NCBI GenBank assembly: GCA_030141605.1
Contig: JAQGDQ010000518.1
Span: forward strand, 1-64,000
Length of the DNA: 64,000 nucleotides
Source of the DNA: Tubiluchus corallicola
Taxonomy: Eukaryota > Animalia > Priapulida
Reading direction: 5' to 3'
In this document: one piece after another, positions 1 through 11,500 of the stretch
How positions within the stretch are numbered: the stretch's first letter is position 1
How the letters are laid out: every line of letters begins with the position of its first letter
The notes under the pieces: generated by a model
Told to the model about the DNA's origin: nothing
Databases searched by the model: none
The model's input: the letters and a program-made list of their open reading frames with translations, nothing else
Translations under genes and position numbers: made by a program

Positions 1-738
1 TAATCAAAGTTAATCTGAAACTAAATCTCGTTACGGAAAAGCAGCACTCAACAGGTCGAAATTTATCAACCATCCAAAATGTTGAAAGGAAAACGATTAC
101 CTTATTAAGAATAATTTACACTACAGAATTGTTATTTCTCAAGTCTAAATTCTTATAGTTACCAAAGTGCAACTCGCTTATAAAATGTTCTGCTGGAAAA
201 CTGTATACAGCAGTGACGTCATTGTCAGTTCAGTACTGCCGGCTGTTAGTTAAACTGAAGTACGGAATAGATCACATTTAATGATCGGAAGGATTTAGAT
301 ACTGTGTACAGTAATCATGTATATTTTACACCACAAATCAAAATGAGGTATGGTCTGGAAAGTACTTTTTGTTAATAATATTACTAAAGTGATAAAACTC
401 AACTTATTTGGTTTGCAGTTCGAACAGATGTTGAGCGGATGCTGATAGAAATAACTATTCTAATATGAATTCTGAACTAAAACACGACGCACCATTTAGA
501 ACTACCATTTGATACCACTATGGCCGCAGTCCATAGACCAGTGAGTAACAAACATTGCAGAAGGTAGTCAACCAAGCCAAATTAAGGTAAATTAACATTA
601 GCACAATTTTCTGACAATGTGAACTTAGCGACCTAAATTAGGCAACACGGACACTAGGAAGTTTTTGAATGATGGCAGGGCATTTATTGTTTGTGGATGA
701 CTTCTTCTGTGATGCTGCCTCCAGCTACATCGCTGGTG

Positions 739-867
739 CAGGTGTATACACGTGAACGTAGCTAAAACCTCTAGTGTTACAGAATTCATCTTAGAGGACT
801 ATCAGGTGTACACACGTGAACGTAGCTAAAACCTCTAGTGTTACAGAATTCATCTTAGAGGACTATC
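739..867. repeat. 64-bp tandem duplication (2 copies)
   Basis: caggtgta(t/c)acacgtgaacgtagctaaaacctctagtgttacagaattcatcttagaggactat is repeated at 739 and 803. Confidence 0.9.
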
Positions 868-1087
868 CTTGACAACTAGCTACCTACTGGTCGTGTCACA
901 AACACCAGTGTAACGAGTAAGCCTATTAATACTAAAGGTGGATCTACAGATTGCCAAGCCGTATAAAAACTACACACACTACACGCGTAGTCTTGCCAGT
1001 TCTCATAATGTGGCTATGATTACCAGTGATGTGTCTTGTCTATGTACTGTTAATCTATAGGTCTACTATAAAGAGAAACACTTTTAC

Positions 1088-4000
1088 CTGCAAAATAATT
1101 AAAGATTCTTCGTGAAAATTTACGTTCAGGTAGAAATCCTAACTTCTTTTTCGCCATAAGCTCGTGTTCTATAAGAAAACATCATCAACATTTAAAAAGA
1201 ACTGCAAATGCTATTGCTCGAACGTAATATCCATTTCCATTTCTTGGTGCAGAAACAACCTTTTGTCAACTATTGCTTGTCGTGAGGTTGTCCGGAATAC
1301 ACGCACATACACTGCGCATGTAAAATACACAGACGAACAATAAACGTGGATATTGCTTGCATATGATGCGCTAGGATCAGTTCTTTTCTGTTAGAACATC
1401 ATTTATCTTTGCCATGACATTCTTTTTATCATGAAGTTTTAAAATACAGAGTAACTTTATTTTCAGTTCACAATATAAAAACTGTCTAAACACTCATTAC
1501 GCAAACGAGACCGACACCACGGCGTTAAATAGTTACTATGCAAGCGAGTATCACAAAAACAAGGGAAAAATCACACTTTGCAGAATGTAACAACATTAAC
1601 TATTTATATCGTTTCTCATAATCAAAATAATTACAATACATTAATACGTTTTCTAAGTCTGATCCTCTCCCACCAGTGAACTTCTTTCTCTAGACCACTT
1701 TTTATGAAATCCGGATGTCTTGCCAATATCAGGTAAATCGAAGTTGTTCCTGATTTCTGAGCACCGATTAGGTAAACATACGGCAGACATCTCAAAAATT
1801 TCATGTTTTCTGAAACGAAAAATGAGCAGTACTATGTCATTTCCAATTTAGATTATGCTGGTTGGATTTACTATTAAGGTGCAACTAATATTTATTTTTT
1901 ATTCAACCCAGATCAAAATTTTGAAACATTATAATTGCATTTATATATAAATTACATACTGATGTTTTCACCCGCACCCCTGGTCTGTCCTGGTTTTGTC
2001 CATTACGAAGCCTGTACCTACTATCACCTACAAGTAGTCTAATATGCAGAACTTCCGCGGCAGCAGCACGGGCAGGTGTGCTTACGATCTCAGCACCTGT
2101 TCCGTAAACCAATGTGAAAGATGCAGAACAAAAGTGCTGGCAGGTTTATTTTAATTTCTTCTTCAATTCTGTGGCATCACTGCACGGTTTTGGGACAAAC
2201 TTTACGACATAGTGTAACAACGCGAATTTCAACCCAATCCTACTTGACTGCCGTCAGTTAACTGGTGTCAGAAGTGGGATGAATTTGATAAAGCTTGGCA
2301 ATCAACGTTAGCAGCTACATCAAAAAATTAACAGCAATAACAAGACGATTCTGTAACTGTTAACGGCTAATTTATACTGAAGCCAAGTTTTCAGTGCAAG
2401 TCTACCCATACGTGAAAAAGATCTACATGGCTTCCTCCTAATCGTTCTGATGTTACAAATCTACTTTCCACTAAACAGTTTGAAATTTTCTGAACATGTG
2501 ATCCACATCAAATAGTACGCATTAAAAGAAATAAACGGCAATATTTTCCTCAAACTTTTCTTTGCGTAATATCTCACTCAACTTTAAAACGATTTATTAC
2601 ATTTTCTGCAAATTTTATTTATTTTTTTTATGAAATGACTGACTTAGCAAAAAATTTCTGCGAAATGGCAATTCTAGGAAAAATCTGTTCTGTGAAGATT
2701 TTTTATTCGGAAGCAGATTTTTCTGACAAAAAACTTTTCTGTGAATATTTTCCGATAAAAATTTCTATGACCAAAAGACTTTTCTAAGATAAGGCTCTTC
2801 TGGGAAACGAGTTTAACCCACTGAATATTATTGGACCAAGAGAGGTGTTCGTCTGCAGTAAAGTTTAAGAAAGAAAATGATGATGATTCTACGATCTCGA
2901 TTACATTCGCGCTACGTTTAAAGTTCAAAGTGAAATGTTTATGCCACGCTGACTGCTACTGAAGTTTTAGTTTTCAACATTCAGCCAAATTTGTTACATC
3001 TGAGCCATTCATTTGGGATCTTTAATTCATTATTAAATCCAACAGAATGATATATTACTTAGCACCAAGGGGTTAGGGTTAGGGTATAAATTACAACCAT
3101 TTAAGCAATGCGTGAACAAACATGAACTGATAAGTTTAACAGTCAATTGTGAAAACACGACGTGATATTTTTGCAGTCTTTGCATCTTTACAGAAACATG
3201 TTGCTCATTGTAGTATCTAGGCCCGCTCCCACTCCCACTCCTGCTCACCCTCCCACTCCCGCTCCCACCCCCGCTCCCACTCCCACTCCCACTCCCGCTC
3301 CCACTCCCAGACGTTTTAGAGTTCCACTATTTCTGTTTGTCTGTTTAACTTACCTTCATTTGAAACGTAAAAACACGGATTTTTGTAGTTGTCTAAGTAG
3401 CGAATTCCTGCCTGTAGAAAAAAGGCTGATTTAAACCAATTATTAAAATTGAAAAAGCTAAAACAAATTATTTGTCCAAACAAAATACAAACGCTAAGTA
3501 ACGAAGATAAGACAGTTTTAAGACTCTGTATAGGTTCATTGGTGTTCACGTGTGTTATAGGTTCATTGGTGTTCACGTGTGGTATAGGTTTATTAGTGTT
3601 CACGTGTGTTATAGGTTCATTGGTGTTCACGTGTGTTATAGGTTTATTAGTGTTCACGTGTGTTATAGGTTTATTAGTGTTCACGTGTGTTATAGGTTTA
3701 TTAGTGTTCACGTGTGTTATAGGTTTATTAGTGTTCACGTGTGTTATAGGTTTATTAGTGTTCACGTGTGTTATAGGTTTATTAGTGTTCACGTGTGTTA
3801 TAGGTTTATTAGTGTTCACGTGTGTTATAGGTTTATTAGTGTTCACGTGTGTTATAGGTTTATTAGTGTTCACGTGTGTTATAGGTTTATTAGTGTTCAC
3901 GTGTGTTATAGGTTTATTAGTGTTCACGTGTGTTATAGGTTTATTAGTGTTCACGTGTGTTATAGGTTTATTAGTGTTCACGTGTGTTATAGGTTTATTA

Positions 4001-5043
4001 GTGTTCACGTGTGTTATAGGTTTATTAGTGTTCACGTGTGTTATAGGTTTATTAGTGTTCACGTGTGTTATAGGTTTATTAGTGTTCACGTGTTTATAGG
4101 TTTATTAGTGTTCACGTGTGTTATAGGTTTATTAGTGTTCACGTGTGTTATAGGTTTATTAGTGTTCACGTGTGTTATAGGTTTATTAGTGTTCACGTGT
4201 GTTATAGGTTTATTAGTGTTCACGTGTGTTATAGGTTTATTCACGTGTGTTATAGGTTTATTAGTGTTCACGTGTGTTATAGGTTTATTAGTGTTCACGT
4301 GTGTTATAGGTTTATTAGTGTTCACGTGTGTTATAGGTTTATTAGTGTTCACGTGTGTTATAGGTTTATTAGTGTTCACGTGTGTTATAGGTTTATTAGT
4401 GTTCACGTGTGTTATAGGTTTATTAGTGTTCACGTGTGTTATAGGTTTATTAGTGTTCACGTGTGTTATAGGTTTATTAGTGTTCACGTGTGTTATAGGT
4501 TTATTAGTGTTCACGTGTGTTATAGGTTTATTATTAAACTGTCCTGTGATTCCTATCCACAACTATGTACAAACGTTGCGGCATAAATGTTCTCTTTAAA
4601 TATAGTGATGTAATGTCAAAAAGTTAGATTTAGTTAGTTAAATTTCAAAGAAAACAACAAGGTCAAATGAAAAGTGCACATTTTTGTGCGTAAAAATTAG
4701 GAAATATGCATGCTTATTGATAAAGAAGATATTAAAATAAATATTAGAAACTGCATTGTTGACAAAGAGTGCTAATATTTGTATCACTTACATTAGAGCA
4801 TCTTAGTGCTCTGTTCATAGTAGCTGGAATTAGCTGCCTTGATATAGAATAAAGTTCAGATTGCGTCACGATGCTTTTGTTTCCAAGATGTCCCGATTCA
4901 CTGCAGCCTTCACGAGTCGATACGTGGACATTTTCACTTCTGCCATCATCGAAGAACAACGCAAGTTGAATAATACTCAAGATGCAAAACGCAGCGCAGA
5001 TTATGAAAACAAAAAAGGTTTTTCTATGCGAATACCTAAGCAT
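1088..5043 (-). CDS. Type II membrane carbohydrate sulfotransferase, CHST15/GalNAc4S-6ST-like; 5' part only, gene continues past the left edge
   Basis: Exons 4792-5043 (ATG, short basic tail, TM segment FFVFIICAAFCILSIIQLALFF, donor gtaagt), 3354-3411 (AGIRYLDNYKNPCFYVSNE), 1648-1809 (ENMKFLRCLPYVYLIGAQKSGTTSIYLILARHPDFIKSGLEKEVHWWERIRLRK) and probably 1088-1168. All have AG/GT ends and matching phases. IGAQKSGTT is the 5'-phosphosulfate-binding loop. The KNPC..LRCLP..G..K.GTT..KE.HWW pattern matches my recollection of the CHST15 family. A further exon may begin at 192. Confidence 0.85.
3221..3308. repeat. Hexamer repeat (cccact/cccgct)n, intronic
   Basis: Directly visible; it produces the spurious PAPTPT ORF. 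Confidence 0.85.
3528..4532. repeat. 27-bp minisatellite, about 37 copies, in the first coding intron of the sulfotransferase gene
   Basis: Unit tgttataggtttattagtgttcacgtg. Near-perfect, with small deletions near 4093 and 4240 and variant units at the left end. Confidence 0.97.
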
Positions 5044-8000
5044 CGCTATTCATGTGACTTTGCAGTCTAAAACACACAGATTTGCTTTATTTTTGATAAA
5101 CTCCGAAAGCCCGAAGGAAACACAGTAATGTGGAGAATAATTGCAGGATTATTCCACGAACACAACATTAACATTTCATCATTGATTATCGTGATGATCG
5201 AACACGTTCTATCAATCTCAGTCACAATGTTAGTCTCAGTCTTAGTCTTAGTCTTAGTCTCGTGATTGTACTTAGCATATTCTGTTTCGGTTTTTATTCA
5301 CTGATATCATAGCTGTAAACACTAAAGTGTGCAGTAATTTAAATCTACAGAGCGTAGAGCATTTTACCTGTTTGTTTGCCACTTAACCTTATCTTAACTG
5401 AGTTCTAGCTAATCTGGGTTATTGTCGTTAATGACCGGTTCATTAGGTTAAAGCCCGCAGTCTTTTTTCTTGAGGCAAAATGTCTGTTTAGGTCAAGAGA
5501 GCATAAGTATGTCGTCTAAAAACTGTCGCCTGTTCAGTTTTCAGTTTATCTCAAAATATGTCGAAATATTAGCATTGATTGAAATCAACTCAAAAACAAG
5601 CATGAAACTAAATGTAAAAATGTTGGCAGAATTTAATCACTGTGTGCTACCTTCTTATAAAAAAATCCCCAACAATATAATTGTGTAGCTTGTATCGTTT
5701 AATCTGAAAACAAATAAGATAATTTTATATAATTTTGCTCCATTTTACAACGAAATCTAAACCAAATTGATGTAATTAACTTTAACAAAATTGTACGCAA
5801 ATTATAAAATCGAATCTCTAGTCTAATTAATCTAATCTTTTTAATAAACAAAGGTTCAAGATTTAAGAAATTAGTAAATCAACTTACATGGTGATCTTCT
5901 ATAAGTGTAATTATGAAATTATAATAACAAATCAATGAATGACGCTAAACAATCTGTAACTGCAGTGTGTGAATGCCTGAGTGACTCCATTCTACAGGTA
6001 AGTTGTACAGGTAAAAGATTGGTCACATGACCTGTTTAAAAGGAAACCAATTTATAACAGGGGGGCAATACAAGTTTTAATCACCAAACATTGTATTCGG
6101 AAATTGTAATTTTATGATTCTCGTCACATTCGTAAATTGTGACTTTTTATTTTAACGTTTGCAACGACACTCAAGTCTCTTAGTGCCTTCATAATTATAG
6201 AGAGTAAATTAAGAAAAAACATGTAACCACTGCATGCTAACTTACTTGTAATTACAGACGACAAATATATGGTCTATTTTCAATAGAAAATAACAAATTT
6301 TATATTCAGTTTACACGGTCAGTATGAATCGAAATTGATAGGAACTACCTTTTCGGGTTTAGTCATCGTCGTTCCTTTGCACATTGACAAGATCAACTGG
6401 AAAAGTTTTACAATGGATTTACATAATGTCTCAATGTCTCAACGCTATGGAAAACGCATTTCAGAACAAATAGAAATAATTCTTATTGGACCGGCATGTC
6501 AGCCATTATAAGCGCTCATTACATGGTTAAAACAGCCTCATACGCCACAGACCTCAGTACCCTGCACGCAGAATTTAAATCACCGTGTCAATGACCGTAC
6601 GAACTCAAGGTTCAGCTTGAAAAAATAATGGTTTCAAAACAAAAGTAAAATAACGTTGATGAATGTAAGCAAAATCGGTTTATGATATAAATCGTTTGCA
6701 TCGAATTAGAAATGAACAAAATTAAATGCCTATTTTTATGTTAAAGATCTAGTATAGAAGAAAATCTATATCAGTGATACCATCCTAAGGGCTAACTAGT
6801 TTTTGAAAACAATTGTTAACGACTGTGTTAAAAGTAAGTTTCATAGCTGGTCATCACGGTAATAATTTTTTCCAAATCCAAATTAGGAACTATAATTTTG
6901 TTCTCCTTGTAATAGGTCTCAATTAAACAGTCAAATACATAGATCACTCAACTACTTGATGTAGATATCCTTCTATAGTCATGTAAGTGGAACATAGGAA
7001 CATTTAAGCTTTTAGACTTTGCCACTGGAAAACTGCGACCGAATAAACAAGGTTACTCAATTTTCATTGCGAAATACAAAAAAAGAGGTACCTGAAGTAG
7101 GTTTCAGAAAAATTCCCTTAAAAAATTATATTACTTTATAGCAACTTTATGCGTATATCGTATTCGCGTTGAAAGGAATTTTTGTTTGTTTTCATTTTAA
7201 ATCTCCCGCAATATTGTTCTGACGACACCAATACATGACGCCACTTCCGCAAATCAGAGGAAGAAAAGGCAATGTTAAATTGTCCCAAAAATCTTTCTAT
7301 GCAAAGTTATATTATTTAGCAATTCGCTTACCTGCTGGAAGGACTTATGTAACTAGAAATAATAATTTAAATTGTTCGTGCCAATTGGTAAAATGCCGCT
7401 GGCTCACCCTCCAGGGTACATATCTTTAATCTTGACGAGATACAGTAATTTAAAATTTGAGTTAGTTAGTGACGTGTGCGCTACGAATGCTCTGATTATT
7501 TTTTTCAAACTTCACACAATGTTATCTAAACTTGTTTCAAGCGACCTACAGTTAAAATGTCTTCGCCTAACGGTCATCGCGGGATTTTAAATTTACAAGT
7601 TTTATACAGCGTTACTGTCGACGCAAGCCCTGCATGCAAAAGGACAGTAAAATTTTAAGACGAATTGTTTAAGCTTTATGTAACTGGAGGGTTTTCTTGT
7701 GCTTCAGATCATTAACCGAAAATTTAATCATTTTGTTTATAGCGCAGTCAGTACTACGATCATTTATTTTATAGCTTACCTCATTTGACTAATTTTGCTT
7801 TCCATAATTTTATCCTGTAAAAATAATTTTGGATAATATAGCCTCCGGACTGAACTGTCAATTAACTGTGCAAAACACTGCGTATGCGCGTGTGTGCATA
7901 TGGACTAATTAGTAATTACTTAGATTCTTCAAGTGTTTTATAGCTCTTCACTTCAGTAGTTAATTTACAAATATTTTCTAAAATTGTTGACGGTTCATTC

Positions 8001-8540
8001 TTTTTTGTTCTTCATAAATAGCAATTTAAGATCTATGCTGTCGTTAGATGATGCTTGTTGTATTTTTAAACAGTTGCTTTTGAAACAATTGTAAAAACTT
8101 GAATATAATTGCACCCAAAAATTATCAAAACCAAATTTATTAGCGAACCAAAGAAAAAGCAGCCACTGTGTTCAACACGCACAATAAAGTGCAAAAAATG
8201 TGTGAAGGTTAGAACAATCACAATAAAACACAAACGATGTAAGTTAACTTAAAAAACATATAAGTAGAATAAATACGAGGTAGATAAGTTTGCAAGAAAT
8301 AAGTTATATAAAGGTGTGTAGAAAAAACAATATTTATCACCTGAATACTCCATGTTACCACTCAAATTATTACAACTTAACAAATACGATCCTATTAATT
8401 TATTCACCTTTGCAAGAACTGTTTAGTGTTGCTAGTATGACAAGTTTTTTTGTATTTATAAATAAGTGCAAGGAAATGGTACATACGGACACAAGTTAAG
8501 CGCCAGAAAGAATAACTAGCAAATTAATATGAGCCCAGTT

Positions 8541-11500
8541 TTAATTGCTCCTATTGTTCTTTTTCCTTTTTTGTGACATAGCAACCAAAGTTTCTCTGCG
8601 TACTTTAAACTTGTTATAAATGCTAACATCTGCCTGCATTTCCTCGGGATTCATGGCCGCTTCAGGATTTGGGAGTTTTTCAAGACGCCTCTTAAATGCG
8701 TTTTCATAATTCAAGCTACCTTGCCGTTGCCTTGATGACCTTGGCGTGCGGACGAGAGTTCGGAAGTTCTTGCGTACACCTTCGCGAACAGGCATGTTAC
8801 CGCTTTCATCTAAAGAACACCCAGATGCGAAAGAATCAACGCTTAACGTGTCGTCTTCGTGTTGTGGTTTGAGATCTAGCATTTGTATGGCGTAGTTGAC
8901 TCCATTCTCCAGAAGGTCCTCCTCGCCACTGGGGGTCACTTCTTTGTTCTGACGGAATTCCAGCTTTGTGGCGGCCATGATGTGCATGAATGTACCAAGC
9001 CGATGAGACAACATGCAAATACCTTGCAAGAACAGAACAAGAACGTATGCTGTCATGAAAGTCATGGCAATCGGTGTTAACTTTTCACTCCCGACCAACA
9101 CCCAAGGAACATGGACGATTGGATTTATCTCCAAGAAAAACACGATGGTCACAAACAGTGAGTTAAGAATGAATACAACCAGAGCGCCAGTGTTCTTCAG
9201 TTTGTTGAGGCCTTCGGTTAGATTTTGTTCTCTTTGTTTATCTGGGGGTAGAGGCGCAAGGTATTGCTTCAGCACATCATCCCAAAATGCCTTCTCCCGA
9301 CGGTCGAGAACAACAAACTGACCATCGTCCATTTCTGATTCCTCAGTCCATAGAACAACATCTCTTTTAAACTCTACAAAAATTGACAAAATGAATTGGC
9401 AAGGCTATTTTACTATAGATATTTAATAAAAAACAAGCTTCGGGCAATTAGCGATTAACAAAAAAGTCTTACCCGTTATATTTAATGTTGCAAAAATAAT
9501 CTGTATCAACAATATTGCTCAGGTATTGCTTCTAACCTTTCAAACCATTTAAATGACCGACATTGCTCTGCAGTAAACGGGTTTTACATAAAATGCAGTA
9601 GAGTACGTTTTTTATTTACAAAAGCACTAAAATTCACATGTTAGGTGTCTTAAGAGTCACAGGTAGTAAAATGATTTGTCTAACTACTACAAAACATCAA
9701 AATCTTAATACCTTTAGCGAACTGCTTAATAAGACATAAGACAAGAAATAAAACATGCAGGAAGGCAGGATTTTTACTATCTCAATGCTCATCAAAGTCT
9801 TTTCAATTAAACACATTGTGGTATTTGTGCTTAAACACGCCTTCAGACAATATCAGTTTGAATTCAAGCAGAAACGAACCGTTAGATTTAGTCACTGGTG
9901 TGGAAGCAACTACTGTAACTTCTTCAACATCATCATCGTCGTCGTCATCATCAGTAGCAGCAGCAAACATGTTAGAATTAAGGGTCAAAATCTGTTTTCT
10001 GCCTGACCCATGATCACCTTTTCCCTCTTCTATGCTTACTAGGATGGAATCCAACTTCTCTTCCATTTGTTTCATCTACGAGAAAGAGATGCTTGTCCAA
10101 GGAATGCCTTAATGACGTTTTTTTATACTTGTGTTTTAAAAATATAATGTATACGAACGGCTTACTGGAACTACTTTTGCTTAAATGAAATAGAAAAGTA
10201 GTCATCGTTAGCAGAAACTTTCAGTAAACCCCCAAAGCAAGCCAAATTAATTGCCAGGTTTTTTATTCGACGCAGTTCGGCTCAGCTGCAACTAATTGGA
10301 AATATGTCCCACTTCTTACAAGGCCAAGTAAGCGGCAACTTGCTTTAAGTGTCCGTTCACTCGATGTTGCTTAAGATAGTCGCACACTGTAAATATGTAG
10401 CTGCAACAAACTTGTCTGACGTAAATTGTTGCAGACAAAATTTTCTTGCACACTGCAACTTTTAAATAAAGCAAATAATGTTTTCACGGGTAACAGCAAT
10501 AAACAATTAATAGATGACACTTGACTAAACGAGTGCTTTTTATTGGTCTGATCTGGTTTTGTCTGAAATAGATCTTTGTTCCTAGCCTGCACACAGGGGC
10601 AGTACGAGTTTGTCAGCCTGCATGCACACCGGGACAGTACGAGTTTGTCAGCCTGCATGCACACCGGGGCAGTCCGAGTTTGTCAGCCTGCATGCACACC
10701 AGGGCAGTACGAGTTTGTCAGCCTGCCTGCACACCGGGGCAGTCCGAGTTTGTCAGCCTGCATGCACACCGGGGCAGTATGAGTTTGTCAGCCTGCATGC
10801 ACACCTGGGCAGTACGAGTTTGTCAGCCTACATGCACACCGGGGCAGTCCGAGTTTGTCAGCCTGCATGCACACCGGGGCAGTACGAGTTTGTCAGCCTG
10901 CATGCACACCGGGGCAGTACGAGTTTGTCAGCCTGCATGCACACCGGGGCAGTACGAGTTTGTCAGCCTGCATGCACACCTGGGCAGTACGAGTTTGTCA
11001 GCCTGCATGCACACCGGGGCAGTCCGAGTTTGTCAGCCTGCATGCACACCGGTGCAGTACGAGTTTGTCAGCCTGCATGCACACCGGGGCAGTACGAGTT
11101 TGTCAGCCTGCATGCACACCGGGGCAGTACGAGTTTGTCAGCCTGCATGCACACCTGGGCAGTACGAGTTTGTCAGCCTGCATGCACACCGGGGCAGTCC
11201 GAGTTTGTCAGCCTGCATGCACACCGGGGCAGTACAAGTTTGTCAGCCTGCATGCACACCGGGGCAGTACGAGTTTGTCAGCCTGCATGCACACCTGGGC
11301 AGTACGAGTTTGTCAGCCTGCATGCACACCGGGGCAGTACGAGTTTGTCAGCCTGCATGCACACCTGGGCAGTACGAGTTTGTCAGCCTGCATGCACACC
11401 GGGGCAGTACGAGTTTGTCAGCCTGCATGCACACCGGAGCAGTACGAGTTTGTCAGCCTGCATGCACACCTGGGCAGTACGAGTTTGTCAGCCTGCATGC

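Noticed and set aside
2674-2928. ORF containing DEHLSWSNNIQW as an extra sulfotransferase exon
   Set aside because: Good acceptor and phase but no convincing phase-1 donor. The flanking exons join sensibly without it, and the peptide also resembles a LINE RT remnant. Unresolved.
3070-3086. TTAGGG telomere-like repeat
   Set aside because: Only about 2.5 units; such motifs are common in invertebrate MITEs.
3316-4599. Long ORFs of 150-350 aa (NTNKPITHV, VIGLLVFTC and CYRFISVHV repeats)
   Set aside because: Translations of the 27-bp minisatellite inside an intron. Only 3354-3411 is a real exon.
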